A program made the position numbers and the translations under genes. The notes under the pieces were generated by a model. The model searched no databases. It saw only the letters and a program-made list of their open reading frames with translations, and was not told the origin of the DNA. This document shows positions 44,461 to 57,300 of a DNA stretch of 64,000 nt, piece after piece (within the stretch, counting starts at the first letter, position 1; every line of letters begins with the position of its first letter). The stretch lies in NCBI GenBank assembly GCA_964016885.1, contig OZ024747.1, positions 43,648,001-43,712,000 of the forward strand, read 5' to 3'. Source of the DNA: Eledone cirrhosa (lineage: Eukaryota).

Positions 44461-44994
44461 ATGTTCATCGATACAACCCCTAGAGGTGAATTAGCTTACA
44501 AATTTAGAAGGGCCCTAGATAAATATAAACTCAATATTAAGATAGTAGAAAGACCAGGTACCTCCATAAAAACACTTATTAGCAAGACATACCCTTTTCA
44601 AAGACCTCCCTGTATAGATAAGAAATGTATAATCTGTAAATTAAGCCCCCATATTTACTGTAAAACTAGAAATGTAGTATATAGCATAAGATGTACTGAA
44701 GGACAATGTACAGATAAAAATATAGTGTACATAGGTGAGACAGCTCGTAGTATAGGGGAACGGATAAATGAACACTGGCAAGACCTTCAAGATAGTAAAG
44801 AATCATCTGTACTCTACCAACATGCTAAAATAGAACATAAGGGTAAATTAGAGAACATAGAAATAAAAATAGAATCTACACACAGAAAAGACGTAATGTT
44901 TAGACAAATCACAGAGGCAATAAACATAAAAGAATTACAACCAAAATTAAATAGAAAATATGAGTGGAACAGCAACATCACAACTTACAATTAA
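44461..44994 (+). pseudogene. PLE GIY-YIG endonuclease region
   Basis: VVY..YIG..R..EH..EA..I..LN motifs. Confidence 0.85.
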
Positions 44995-45196
44995 GGACAA
45001 AATGAAAACACACACGCACATAGAACAAACAACCAACCAGTAACATGTAAATAAACAAATAAATAAACGAATATAAACACACACAGACACCCGGATGTAA
45101 CACATGCGCAAACTAAGCACACAACACACACACAAAAACAAGATGGTGTAGGACAGAACTAAGGAGAGGCACAAAAAACAAAGAAAAGAATTCTCA

Positions 45197-45239
45197 GTCA
45201 CTGAAGAGATCACAGAATGTGTGACGAAAGAACTTTGAC
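45197..45239 (+). ncRNA. Minimal hammerhead-like motif of pLTR family G
   Basis: GTCA CTGAAGA GA-TCACA-gaatg-TGTGA-C GAAAGAACTT TGAC; best-formed relative at 50536-50578. Confidence 0.6.
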
Positions 45240-46549
45240 AATATATAAACAACCATCTGGTTGTGGAACCAACCAAACAACCAACCGGAAATTTATAAAT
45301 TCCTAAATTTATAAATTTATTATAATAAATTGAAGTGAAAGCAACTGGTGCGTGTGTTTCTTATTGGCAACATGACCCTCCCAAAGTATAACAATATATA
45401 TATATATATAATATATATAGAGCAACCTGACTTTGATGTGAGGATAAAGTTGTTGGCATTAAAACTTCTTCGCAATGTTGTTGACAAAATGAAGAGTTTG
45501 GGTAATTTTGTGGTAAGTATTGTTAAGATCCCTACAATATATGTACTCTTTTTTTTGTGGGTCTTTCATGGAATTCACAAGGCAGACAGTTGGAAATGTG
45601 GATCAGTGTGGTCATGTCAGATCTGGAGCTAATATCTGGTTCTCGCATATATGGTATCTGTCATTGGTATAATGACAGGTTGACAATATCTGGATTGGAT
45701 GTCTGTGCACGAGTAACGTATGTTTGTGATGGTGTGGATTCACAGGTTGGAGCCTGGCAAGGGAAGTGGATGTTAACTGATGATGATGATACATGCACAT
45801 GGTTAGGGGATAGACAACATCGTTGTCAGAGAATGCTTTAGGAGATTTGCCCCACCCCTTCATCTTGTATTTGTGTTTCATGAATTCTAATTAAAATGGA
45901 ACATTTTACAATGTTTTTGACATATCGTGTTTGCCAAATACTTCTTATGATACAGTTTCATCAGATATATGCTACTAAGAAAAACATTCTCTCTTTACCA
46001 CATTCACAATATTATTACCATATTTCTAATAAGATGCTATCTATAATTTTAAAATAAGTTAGAAAATAATTTGAAGAATTTGGTTGGATTAGTGATATAA
46101 CTGAATTTCTCAATATAAAACTGGTGTTTTGGAGTATAACTTTGTTATATGTTCTTGCTTAAAATTTTGATGGAAGATTTTTTATAAATACAAGCAGTTT
46201 AAAACAGTTTTGTGTTATAGAACCATGGCCACTTTCATGCAGTTGGTATCGAAAGGGCTAGACAATTTTTTGTGTTTGTGATATTATAAAATAAAATTAT
46301 TATATACTGTTTCTTTTATTTTATGCTTTTTCATAATTTCTTATATGGCTATAAGTGTATATAATGGCTGGTTAAGTAGATTCTTTTGTAGCATATATGG
46401 CTGTTGGATTCAGTTACACTTTTTGGCATCTTCTACAATAACCATGGGTTGACCAATTCTTTGTAAGTGAAATTTCCGTAGATCGACAGTGTGGAAGCCC
46501 ATTGTATGTGTGTGTATATATATATATGTGTGTGTATATATATACATAC

Positions 46550-46584
<35 letters not shown>

Positions 46585-46587
46585 TAT

Positions 46588-46626
<39 letters not shown>

Positions 46627-46639
46627 TATATATATACAC

Positions 46640-46690
<51 letters not shown>

Positions 46691-46740
46691 CACATATATA
46701 TATATATACACATATATATACACATATATATATATATATA

Positions 46741-46774
<34 letters not shown>

Positions 46775-47576
46775 TATTAGGTATAGGATTATCCAAGATG
46801 TAGTAATGGTTAATTACTACACTGGATATGGTTGACGTACGGTAAGGGGTTACTCTACGAGTTATGGAAGAATTGTTCAAGAAACTTAGTTCCTGATCCT
46901 TCTGTATTCCGGAGTGTATATAAAGAATGAATAATAACAGGTAGACATCATAAAAAGGTAATTTATTCCGTGTGCTTACAAGTGTTTCCACGGTGGTGCT
47001 GCAGCCTAGTTATGCTACGTGCAAATTCACAAGTACTTGCAGAACTCGAATATCCAATGCTGTGACTACTGTTTCCTCAGAGCAGAATGGTAAATGTACA
47101 ATGTAAATACCCTTAAGTGGGGTTGTTGGGGAAGATAGAGTGGAACAGGAAGAGAGAAAAGTAGGGAAGAGGGAGAGAGAAAGAAAGATATGCAGGGGTT
47201 GGAGAAGTAGGAGAGAGTGGCTTGTAGATATCTTAATCAAAATGTTATGGTAGGGGTTTTATTATACTGGTTACTTTTGGAGAGATGCGTTGATAGTTAA
47301 GGTCGGAATTATTTATTGCCCCAGAGGGCAGGTTCATAGATGTTGAGAGGGAGGTAGGTCAAAGGTGAGAGAGAGAGAGTGTAATGGATGTAGAGAGAGA
47401 TAGGTAGAGAGGGGACAGACAAAATATGTGTGGTGAGTGAACTTTGGGTTTGTAGTAGTAATCTAGGAATTGCACTGAGTTACCATGTATAGTGATAAGC
47501 AGTGTATTGTCTTGTAGTGTGGGGGGAAGAGAAGGTTGTTAGCTAGAAAGTGGTGTTATAGTTACGAGTTCGAATG

Positions 47577-47972
47577 TTAAGTTATTTTATAGTGAGAGAA
47601 TTTAGCTTTTAGTTTGTGGTTGCAGTATAATGATCGTTCAATTCTATCGTTAAGTAGTTTGTTTTGGGATTTTAATATGTAAAAGAGCTCAAGGTTACAT
47701 AACCTGCAGTACTTCAATCCACTCCGATATGCACTTGCGCTGGAAAGTATATCCCATTTTAAGGTGAACTGTTGGTTGCGTTCACGGAGTTGCCAGGTCT
47801 TGTTGGCGAGCGTGGTCACAAAACGGTGATTCGGATGTTTGATTGAGAATCGATGACGGTACCAGAGAGATTTAAATGATGTGGTGGTAGATCCGATATA
47901 ATACCATTTCTGGTCGTTCGATTCAACCGTGCATTGGTAAACAATGTTGGACTTTAGGCATTCATTCTTCAA
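47577..47972 (-). pseudogene. Naiad-like GIY-YIG endonuclease domain, left arm
   Basis: NIVYQC..YYIGST..H..W..CRLC..E..LN..C.H; Arg in FKSRW changed to Leu. Confidence 0.85.
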
Positions 47973-48435
47973 TGGACATCTTTCAGGTAGATGGCTGTTA
48001 CATTCTTTGTTGTGAGTAGCGGGTATACCATGGATAGGTTGTGATAGCGGTACAGGTGGGTTGTGTAATACCCGTCTCCCATTTAGTGGTTGGGAGGCAG
48101 ATATTGCGTTCTGCCCATCTGTTACTAAAATGTTTTGTTTTGTAGAGTTGTTTAATTGCCTTAAGTTAAGTTTTTTTTATGTATGCTTCAAGGTTTGGTG
48201 CCGTGGAGTATGATAATGATAGTCTAATAGTTTTAGAGTTCAGAATTTTGCTGTATTTATGGGAACTAGGGAAGTGTTTGTTGATTAACTTAAAGAATGA
48301 AAGAGATAGTTTTGTACTAATCGAGGCATTAAAAATAGGATTGTACCAGATATACTTTCTACAACGTGATTTATTTGGTGGTGATCTTCTACCCACAACA
48401 AAGAATGTAACTGCCATCTACCTGAAAGATGTCCA

Positions 48436-48831
48436 TTGAAGAATGAATGCCTAAAGTCCAACATTGTTTACCAATGCACGGTTGAATCGAACGACCAGAA
48501 ATGGTATTATATCGGATCTACCACCACATCGTTTAAATCTCGCTGGTACCGTCATCGATTCTCAATCAAACATCCAAATCACCGTTTTGTGACCACGCTC
48601 GCCAACAAGACCTGGCAACTCCGTGAACACAACCAACAGTTCACCTTAAAATGGGATATACTTTCCAGCGCAAGTGCATATCGGAGTGGATTGAAGTACT
48701 GCAGGTTATGTAACCTTGAGCTCTTTTACATATTAAAATCCCAAAACAAACTACTTAACGATAGAATTGAACGATCATTATACTGCAACCACAAACTAAA
48801 AGCTAAATTCTCTCACTATAAAATAACTTAA
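48436..48831 (+). pseudogene. Naiad-like GIY-YIG endonuclease domain, right arm
   Basis: Preceded in frame by CNCHLPERCPL; IVY..YIG..FKSRW..H; 5'-truncated. Confidence 0.85.
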
Positions 48832-49323
48832 CATTCGAACCCGTAACTATAACACCACTTTCTAGCTAACAACCTTCTCTTCCCCCCACACTACAAGACA
48901 ATACACTGCTTATCACTATACATGGTAACTCAGTGCAATTCCTAGATTACTACTACAAACCCAAAGTTCACTCACCACACATACTTTGTCTGTCCCCTCT
49001 CTACCTATCTCTCTCTACATCCATTACACTCTCTCTCTCTCACCTTTGACCTACCTCTCTCTCAACATCTATGAACCTGCCCTCTGGGGCAATAAATAAT
49101 TCCGACCTTAACTATCAACGCATCTCTCCAAAAGTAACCAGTATAATAAAACCCCTACCATAACATTTTGATTAAGATATCTACAAGCCACTCTCTCCTA
49201 CTTCTCCAACCCCTGCATATCTTTCTTTCTCTCTCCCTCTTCCCTACTTTTCTCTCTTCCTTTTCTACTCTATCTTCCCCAACAACCCCACTTAAGGGTA
49301 TTTACATTGTACATTTACCATTC

Positions 49324-49435
49324 TGCTCTGAGGAAACAGTAGTCACAGCATTGGATATTCGAGTTCTGCAAGTACTTGTGAATTTGCACGTAGCATAACT
49401 AGGCTGCAGTACCACCGTGGAAACACTTGTAAGCA
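49324..49435 (+). ncRNA. Hammerhead-like motif with ~85-nt stem II region
   Basis: TGCT CTGAGGA ... GAAAC ACTT GTA AGCA; mirror copy in the left arm. Confidence 0.5.
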
Positions 49436-49496
49436 CACGGAATAAATTACCTTTTTATGATGTCTACCTGTTATTATTCATTCTTTATATATACAC

Positions 49497-49647
<151 letters not shown>

Positions 49648-49654
49648 TATATAT

Positions 49655-49694
<40 letters not shown>

Positions 49695-50962
49695 CTCCAG
49701 TTTACTCAGCTGTAGAAATGAGATGATAGGGACTGGGGTCCATATCATTCCCCTGTAAAGTGGTCATGGAGGCGCCACGCAAAAAAAAGCACCCACCACT
49801 CACTGTAAATGAGGTTGGTGTTAGGAAGGGCATCCAGCTGTAGAAATCAACCCAGAATCAGTTCCCATCCCACCCTTGCAAGCAGGGAAAAAGCGGATGT
49901 AAAATGATGATGATGATATATATGGAATGGGGAAGAGAGGAGAGGTGGTGTAGGGTGGTGGAATGGGGAAGGTAGGGGAGGGGAGATGGAATGGGAGGGC
50001 AGGGTGGTGGAATGGGGAGGGTAATTGTTTTATTCTTTTAAGGTTTTCTATCTTTGAACATTTTTATAATTTCCGTCTTTGTTAAGTCACCAGTTCAACC
50101 TACGCAAGCAAGGACAGCAGGTATATATATATGTATATATGTATCTATCTATTTATCCATCCAATCAACTACTTGCCTGTCCCCACCCCCAACCCCTTAG
50201 ATTTATTGTCTTGCGCCTATATTAGGAAAAACTATTCTAAACTGTGGGTATCATAAATACACCATATTATTACATGTCGTAAAAAGCAATTAAAAGGGTT
50301 GGTGTCAGGAAGGGCATTCAACTGTAAAGCATTGCCACAAATAGTCCTACACCATCTTGTGCAATTACACCTACATTAGTAGAGTGTAAACATCATGTTC
50401 AATATAGAAATGGCTTCTACAGGACTAGAACTGTTTCATTCAAAAGAAATCATCAAGAAAGCTGTTTTTGAGAGGTGTAATTGCACAAGATGGTGTAGGA
50501 CAGAACAAAGGAGAGACACAAAAAATAAAAACTCAGTCACTGAGGAGGTCACAGAATGTGTGACGAAAGAGCTTTGACAATATATAAACAACTATCTGGT
50601 TATCGAACCAACCAACCAACCAACTGGAAATCATCATCATCATCATCGTTTAACGTCCATATTCCACGCTTGCATGGGTTTCGACGGGTGTTTTCCCACT
50701 TGAGGCAAGAGTGGTTGTCTCGCTCACATAGGACTGTCTGGCGGGTTTTCTACGGCTGGATGCCCTTCCTAACACCAACCACATTTACAGTGTGGAACTG
50801 GGAGGTTTTTACTGTGTTACCTACACGGCCACATTACAGATTGGATTGTGTGTTTTTTTGTCGTGACACCTACACAACCTCATTTGTTTCGGGCTGGATG
50901 TTGTGGTACCAACATAACTTTACATTGAAAGGGGTGGTGTGGATGGGGTGGGGGTAGTGAAA

Positions 50963-51658
50963 TCTATATACATAAATGGCAATTTCTGCCTGTTTGTTAT
51001 TTGTGAACCTAAAACTCAAAAACTATCAAACCAATCTTGATAAAACTTGATAAGCATGTGGGGCTCATGCCCATTTGATTTCTTACATATTTTCATTTTA
51101 ATCAAAGGGTTCCCTGGGGGCACAGAGCCCCCACTGAAATTTTTTCTCTTCGATTCATATGAAATGATGCCTATTCACAAAATTTCAGCAAATTTCAATA
51201 ATATTAAGACACCCTACTGGAGGTTAAACCTATAAATGAAACAAGATTTCACGAACTCCTCGTATGGTTTTGGAGATAGACCCCCCCCCCCCATAACCAT
51301 ATATATTCTGAAACTACATTGCCCAGGGTACTTGGATAAGTTTATTTCATTTTAATCACAGGGTTCCCCAGGGCACAAAACCACCACCAGTGAAAACCCC
51401 CGCTGAAAATTTTTTTCCTTCAATTTATATGAAATTTAAACCATAGGTAAATGACAAGATATGTTGCCTATTCACAAAATTTCACCTGACCAATGAATCA
51501 ACAATATTTGTTTGTATTATTGTTTTGTAAATGAATTTGTCTTCGCTTTTGATTATCTGTCCTATATTTTGATTTCATTTTGGTCTGAGAGGCATTGGGC
51601 ATTTTAATGGGAACTGGGAATACCCCTGCTCCCGGGTATTACCGGGTACCTCAGCTAG
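50963..51658 (+). mobile_element. Non-autonomous Helitron
   Basis: 5' TC(TATATA), 3' hairpin CCCGG-gtatta-CCGGG 8 nt before CTAG, inserted between A and T. Confidence 0.7.
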
Positions 51659-51938
51659 TTTATAATAAATTGAAGTGAAATCCAACAGGTGCATGTGTTT
51701 TTATTGGCAGCATGACCCAAAATATAACAATATCTGTTTCAACACACGTTTTCAGATGGGAAATCTTGCAAAAAAATAAATAAAAAAACAAAGTATGTAT
51801 ATATATATATATATGAAAAAGATGGGGAGAAGAATACTGCATGGTTGCACATGGATTACATATTATAAAATTAGTCCCTCATCAGTGATTTGCCAACGAT
51901 CATTGGTATTTCATCGCATTAAAAATCATATACCTCAG

Positions 51939-51976
<38 letters not shown>

Positions 51977-52038
51977 GTGTGCGTGGTGTGTATGTATATA
52001 TATATATATATATATATAAATATGTATGTGTGTGTGTG

Positions 52039-52080
<42 letters not shown>

Positions 52081-52089
52081 CCAAAACTT

Positions 52090-52362
52090 CAGAGTTGGTA
52101 CCATGAACAACATCCAGTCCGAAATAAATGAGGTCGTGTAGGTGTCACAACAAAAAAACACACAGTCCACGTTGTAATGTGGCCGTGTAGGTAACACGGT
52201 AAAAACCTCCCAGTCCACACTGTAAACGTGGTTGGTGTTAGGAAGGGCATCCAGCCGTAGAAAACCCACCAGACAGTCCTATACGAGCGAGATAACCAAT
52301 CTTGCCTCAAGTGGGAAAACTCCCGTCCAAACCCATGCAAGCGTGGAAGATGGACGTTAAAC

Positions 52363-52398
<36 letters not shown>
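52090..52398 (+). mobile_element. RTE 3' UTR fragment with (GAT)n tail
   Basis: Matches the reverse complement of 54302-54600; further copies at 25374-25580 and 50631-50957. Confidence 0.8.
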
Positions 52399-53507
52399 AC
52401 ATACATACACACAAACACACACACATATATATATATAGGATTCAAAGCTCTTTGTGTATGATCATGTTGAATTTGGAGTTCATAATGATGATGAATGTGA
52501 TGATGGTGCTGACAGAAATGAATGACAAGACAGATAATTACATGATACAATATTTATAGAGAGAACATAATATAAAATATTGAGTGAATCTGTTAGAATA
52601 GTTGTGGCTAGCTGTAGATGTGTGATGACTGTGTTAGGGTCCTTTAGTTGTTCAGTGGCATATTTAAGTCAGATGAGACATGAAGCTATAACTTAGCTGC
52701 GTCATTAGATATGGAGAGGAAATGAATGACAGACGGCAGATATAGTCTAAATGGGAAGGTGATGGCTGCCTAGAAATAAGCGAAAACCAAACTGGAAGTG
52801 GCTTGTTGTAAGTGACAATCAGATTAAAATTGCTGTTTGCTGTTTAAAATATTTGAAAGAAATGTATATGGGAGTGTGTGGGTGATTGTGTGGTTGTGAG
52901 TGTGTGTGTGTGTGTGTATGTATGTCTATATGTTTGTGTATGTATGTCTATGTGTGAGTGTGTATGTCTATCATCATCAGCATCATTTGTGTCCAGTTTT
53001 CCATGCTGACATATGTTGGACAGGTTGTTTTGAGACAAGGTTTTACAGCAGCCAGATGTTCTTACTGATGCTAACCCTCTTTATCTCTCCACTTACAACA
53101 CACAGTGATACAGTGTACCTATTCTAAAATCTAATGTGTGTGCGTGTGTGTAAACAATCTATTTTATAGAACCAATGTACAAGATACAAATTTTGAATAC
53201 TAAATTAACTTACAGTTAACCTATTATTCAATATATATATATTATGTTGTTGGTGATAGGAAGGGCTTCCAGCCATAGAAAATCTGCCACTCAAAGGGTC
53301 AGAACAATTCTTCAGCTATGCCAAACTCATAAGTTCTTTTGTGTTGGTGCACTTTTTTGAGTGTCAGATCCACATTCTGTGATAACATGTCCATTACTAG
53401 CAGAGAAAACAGATGATGATGATGAAGATATATATATGTATATATAAACTGCCAATACTGGAATTGAATAATAAAAACCGTAGCGGTATGTCGCATATCA
53501 AATCTTA

Positions 53508-53570
53508 TATTTTGTCTGATGAAGACGTACTTAAACACCAGAGTACCTTTGAAATATGTATAATAAAATA
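53508..53570 (+). ncRNA. Type I hammerhead-like motif
   Basis: TATTTTGT CTGATGA AGACGTAC..GTACCTTT GAAAT ATGT ATA ATAAAATA; same stem III as element B; inside a (TA)-flanked segment ~53445-53713. Confidence 0.62.
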
Positions 53571-53721
53571 GATATTTTGATTATGAGAATATTTTTCATT
53601 TATTAACATTTTGAATAATATTATAGATACTCCAGGAAAATCTGTCGAGTGCTTCTAATCTATTGTAAAATTGTATTCGTTGATTAATCAACGAACCATA
53701 TTAATCTTTGGTTATATATAT

Positions 53722-54100
53722 CATCATCATTTTACGTCCGCTTTTCCCTGCTTGCAAGGGTGGGGTGGGAACTGATTCTGGCTTGATTTCTACAGCTGGA
53801 TACCCTTCCTAACACCAACCTCATTTACAGTGAGTGCTGGGTGCTTTTTTTCCGTGGCACCTACATGTCCACTTTACAGTGTAGGCTGGGTGCTTTTTTG
53901 CCGTGGTACCTCCACTACCACTTTGCAGTGGAATGATAGGGACCCCAGTCCTATCATCTCATTTCTACAGCTGAATAAACTGGAGCAATGTGAAATAAAG
54001 TGTCTTGCTCAAGGAAACAACACATCACCCAATCTGAGAATTGAACTCACAACCTTTCGATTGCAAGCCCAATGCTCTAACCACTAAGCCATGTGCCTCC
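53722..54100 (-). mobile_element. SINE family 1 with internal duplication
   Basis: As other copies. Confidence 0.85.
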
Positions 54101-54179
54101 AAATATATATATATATATATATATACCCTTGCAAGCAGGGAAAAGCGGACGTAAAATGATGATGATGATGATGATGATG

Positions 54180-54233
<54 letters not shown>

Positions 54234-54237
54234 GTCA

Positions 54238-54290
<53 letters not shown>

Positions 54291-54296
54291 GTCGTC

Positions 54297-54300
<4 letters not shown>

Positions 54301-54334
<34 letters not shown>

Positions 54335-57300
54335 TTAACGTCCATCTTCCACATTAGCATGGGTTTGGACGGAAATTTTCCCACTTGAGGCAAGATTGGT
54401 TGTCTTGCTCGTATAGGACTGTCTGGCGGGTTTTCTACAGCTGGATGCCCTTCCTAACACCAATCACGTTCACAGTGTGGACTGGGAGGTTTTTACCGTG
54501 TTACCTACACGGCCACATTACAGCGTGGACTGTGTGTTTTTTTGTTGTGATACCTACACGACCTCGTTTATTTAGGACTGGATGTTGTGGTACCAACATA
54601 ACTTTACATCGAAAGGGGTGGTGTGGATGGGGTGGGGGTAGTGGGACAGGGGTGTATTTTGGTTAAGAGGTGCCTACTGACTGTAGGTTTCGCCTTCTAC
54701 TTAGGCAAGGCAGGTCTTCTGTATTACTGCATAGCGCCAAAGATCTCGGTCCAGTGACATTGTCTTGGAGAGGTGTAAGTGTGTGAGGTCGGATTTTATC
54801 AAGTCGTCCCAGGTTTTTCTGGGTCTGCCTACTCCGTGGCTACCGTCTATTTTGATCGCTCTGCACTTTTTTATACAGCTGACGTCTTTCATGTGCATCA
54901 CATAACCATACCAACGTAGTCTTCTCTCAAGTAAACAGCATCTGATTCCTCTTATTCCTAATTTCTCACTTAGTTCATTTATGCTTTGCCATTCACGTAT
55001 ATTACTATTACACATTCAACGGAGCATACAAGCTTCGTTCCTCTCCAGTCTGCACAGATCCTCTGCACACAATGCCCAAGTCTCACTGCCATGTAACATT
55101 GCTGTTCGTATGCAGGCATCATACAGCCTGCCTTTCATTTTTAGAGAGAAACCTTTAGCGGCCAATAGTGGTTTAAGCTCTCTGAACTTTTTCCATCCTG
55201 TTCTGACTCTAGCTACTGTACTTTCAGAGCACCCTCCACCACTACTGATTTTGTCACCCAGGTAATGGAAGGTGTCCACTATTTCTATAGAACCATCTGT
55301 GCAATGGAATGAGCTAGTATTCTGTTGGCACTTGCTGCTACTTAGTGCACCTGAGCACTGGCCACATATAAAATCTAATTTCTTAGTTAGCTTACCTGTG
55401 ATCCCACTACATCTTTTATGCACCCATACTTTGCATTTGGGACATAAAATTGAGTTTCTGCCTACTCCTTTCCTACACACTGAGCATGGCCATTTCCCAG
55501 ATGGGACCAGTGCCCTATTTTCCTTCCTACATACTAGAACTAGTCTTAGACAGGTTAATTTTAAGGCCTTTTGATTCTAGGCCATGCTTCCATGTTTGGA
55601 ATTTCTTCTCTAGTTCAGCCATTGATTCAGCTATGAGCGTTAGATCATCTGCATATAGGAGTTCCCATGGGCAGCCGGTCTTGAACTCCTCTGTTATAGC
55701 CTGAAGGGCAATAATAAATAGGAGGGGGGCTAAGGACGGAGCCCTGATGAACACCAATTTTTACGCTAAACTCTTCACTATATTCGTTGTTAATTCTAAC
55801 CTTGCTGACTGTTTCTTTATACATGGCTTGTATAGCTCTCACAAGCCATTCATCAACACCTAGTTTTCTTAGAGCCCACCAGATAATGGGGCGTAGGACT
55901 CTGTCAAAGGCCTTCTCCAAGTCAACAAAAGCTAAGTATAGGGGTTTACTTTTAGCTAGGTACTTCTCCTGTATTTGTCGTACAATGAAAAGAGCGTCTG
56001 TGGTACTTTTACCTGACACAAACCCGAACTGCATTTCATCTAGAATTCGCTCTCTGATTAGTTGTGCTATTACTTTTTCTGTGACCTTCATGACCTGGTC
56101 AATTAATTTAATGCCTCTATAGTTACTCCTATCTAGGGCATCTCCTTTACCCTTGTAGCAGTTAATGATGATGCTGCTATGCCAGTCTCCTTCAGTACGA
56201 CCCCATTCTGTATGACTTGGTTTACTGTTCGGGTGACCATAGTGTGTCCCACCATTCCAGATGCTTTCAGCATTTCAGCAACTATTTCCGAAGGCCCAGC
56301 CGCCTTGCCTGTCTTCATATCTTTGATCGCCTTACTTATTATACTACCTTCAACTTGCACTGCTGGTTCCTCTATTGGATCGATGTGGGGGAGACTGTCT
56401 TTCTCCCATTTATTCTCCTCATTTAGTAGCCTTTCGTAGTGACACTTCCAAGCTACCTTCTTATCAGCGTCAGTGATGGCAAGTACACCATCATCATTAA
56501 GGAGACACTTCTCCCCGACAATATCACAGTTTTCCTTGACACATTGCCTAGCAATCCTGAACACCTCCCGTTTTTGGTCCTCGCGTTGTAGAACATGCTT
56601 GAACTTTCTTTCCTCTGCTTCCCTTCTTGCGAAGTACACTTGTCTCCTAGCTTCCCTCCTGGCCACTTGATAGTCTTCTCTACTTCCCCCATTCCGCCAT
56701 ACTTTCCAAGCCTGCTTTTTGGCCTTGATTGACTCCTCCACCTTACTGTTCCACCACCAAGTTACTCTCCTCCTGCCTATAGGTCTGCTCCAGCCACAGA
56801 TTTCATCTGTCGCCTTCAGCAGGTTAGCTTTCAGAAATTCCCACTGTTCCTCTATATTGTACGACTCTAATTGCTCTTCCTTACTGTCAAAAGCATCAAA
56901 TAATATGCTTTTAAATTTATTACTGGCTGTGGGGTCCTTTAGCTTCCATATTTTTCTTCTGAGGATAGTCCTCCTCTATTGTCGAGTACGTCTTGTCCTG
57001 ACTATGAGGTCGCTAACTATGAGTCTATGTTGGGAGGTGCATTCTTCATGGGGGATCGATTTAGTGTTTACAACAGACACTCTGTCACGTCTTCTGGTAA
57101 GGATATAATCTATCTCACTGGCGTGTTCCCCTGATCTATAGGTGATCAAGTGATTGTCTCATTTTTTGAAGTTAGTGTTACAGATAGTTAGGTTATTTGC
57201 GTCACAGAATTCCAGGATTCTGGAGCCTTCCTCATTTCTAATACCAAACCCATAGCCTCCATGGATTCCATTATAGCCATCACAATGTTGTCCAACATGA

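Larger units (their letters stand above)
44050..45395 (+). mobile_element. 5'-truncated Penelope-like element, third lineage (possibly Nematis-like), with pLTR family G
   Basis: KPMTSKYLIH..SA, MQFSGY, IVERPG, C-x4-C-x2-C, NVVYSIRC..VYIGETARSIGERINEH; stops and frameshift at ~44338-44420; pLTR ends at (TA)n. Confidence 0.85.
46780..49490. mobile_element. Large head-to-head Naiad-like PLE pair (element K)
   Basis: ~1.1-kb arms 46914-48019 and 48388-49490; spacer carries the thumb (IWYNP..KHFP..SYS..N) on minus; ~135-nt left tail; (TA)n flanks. Confidence 0.9.
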
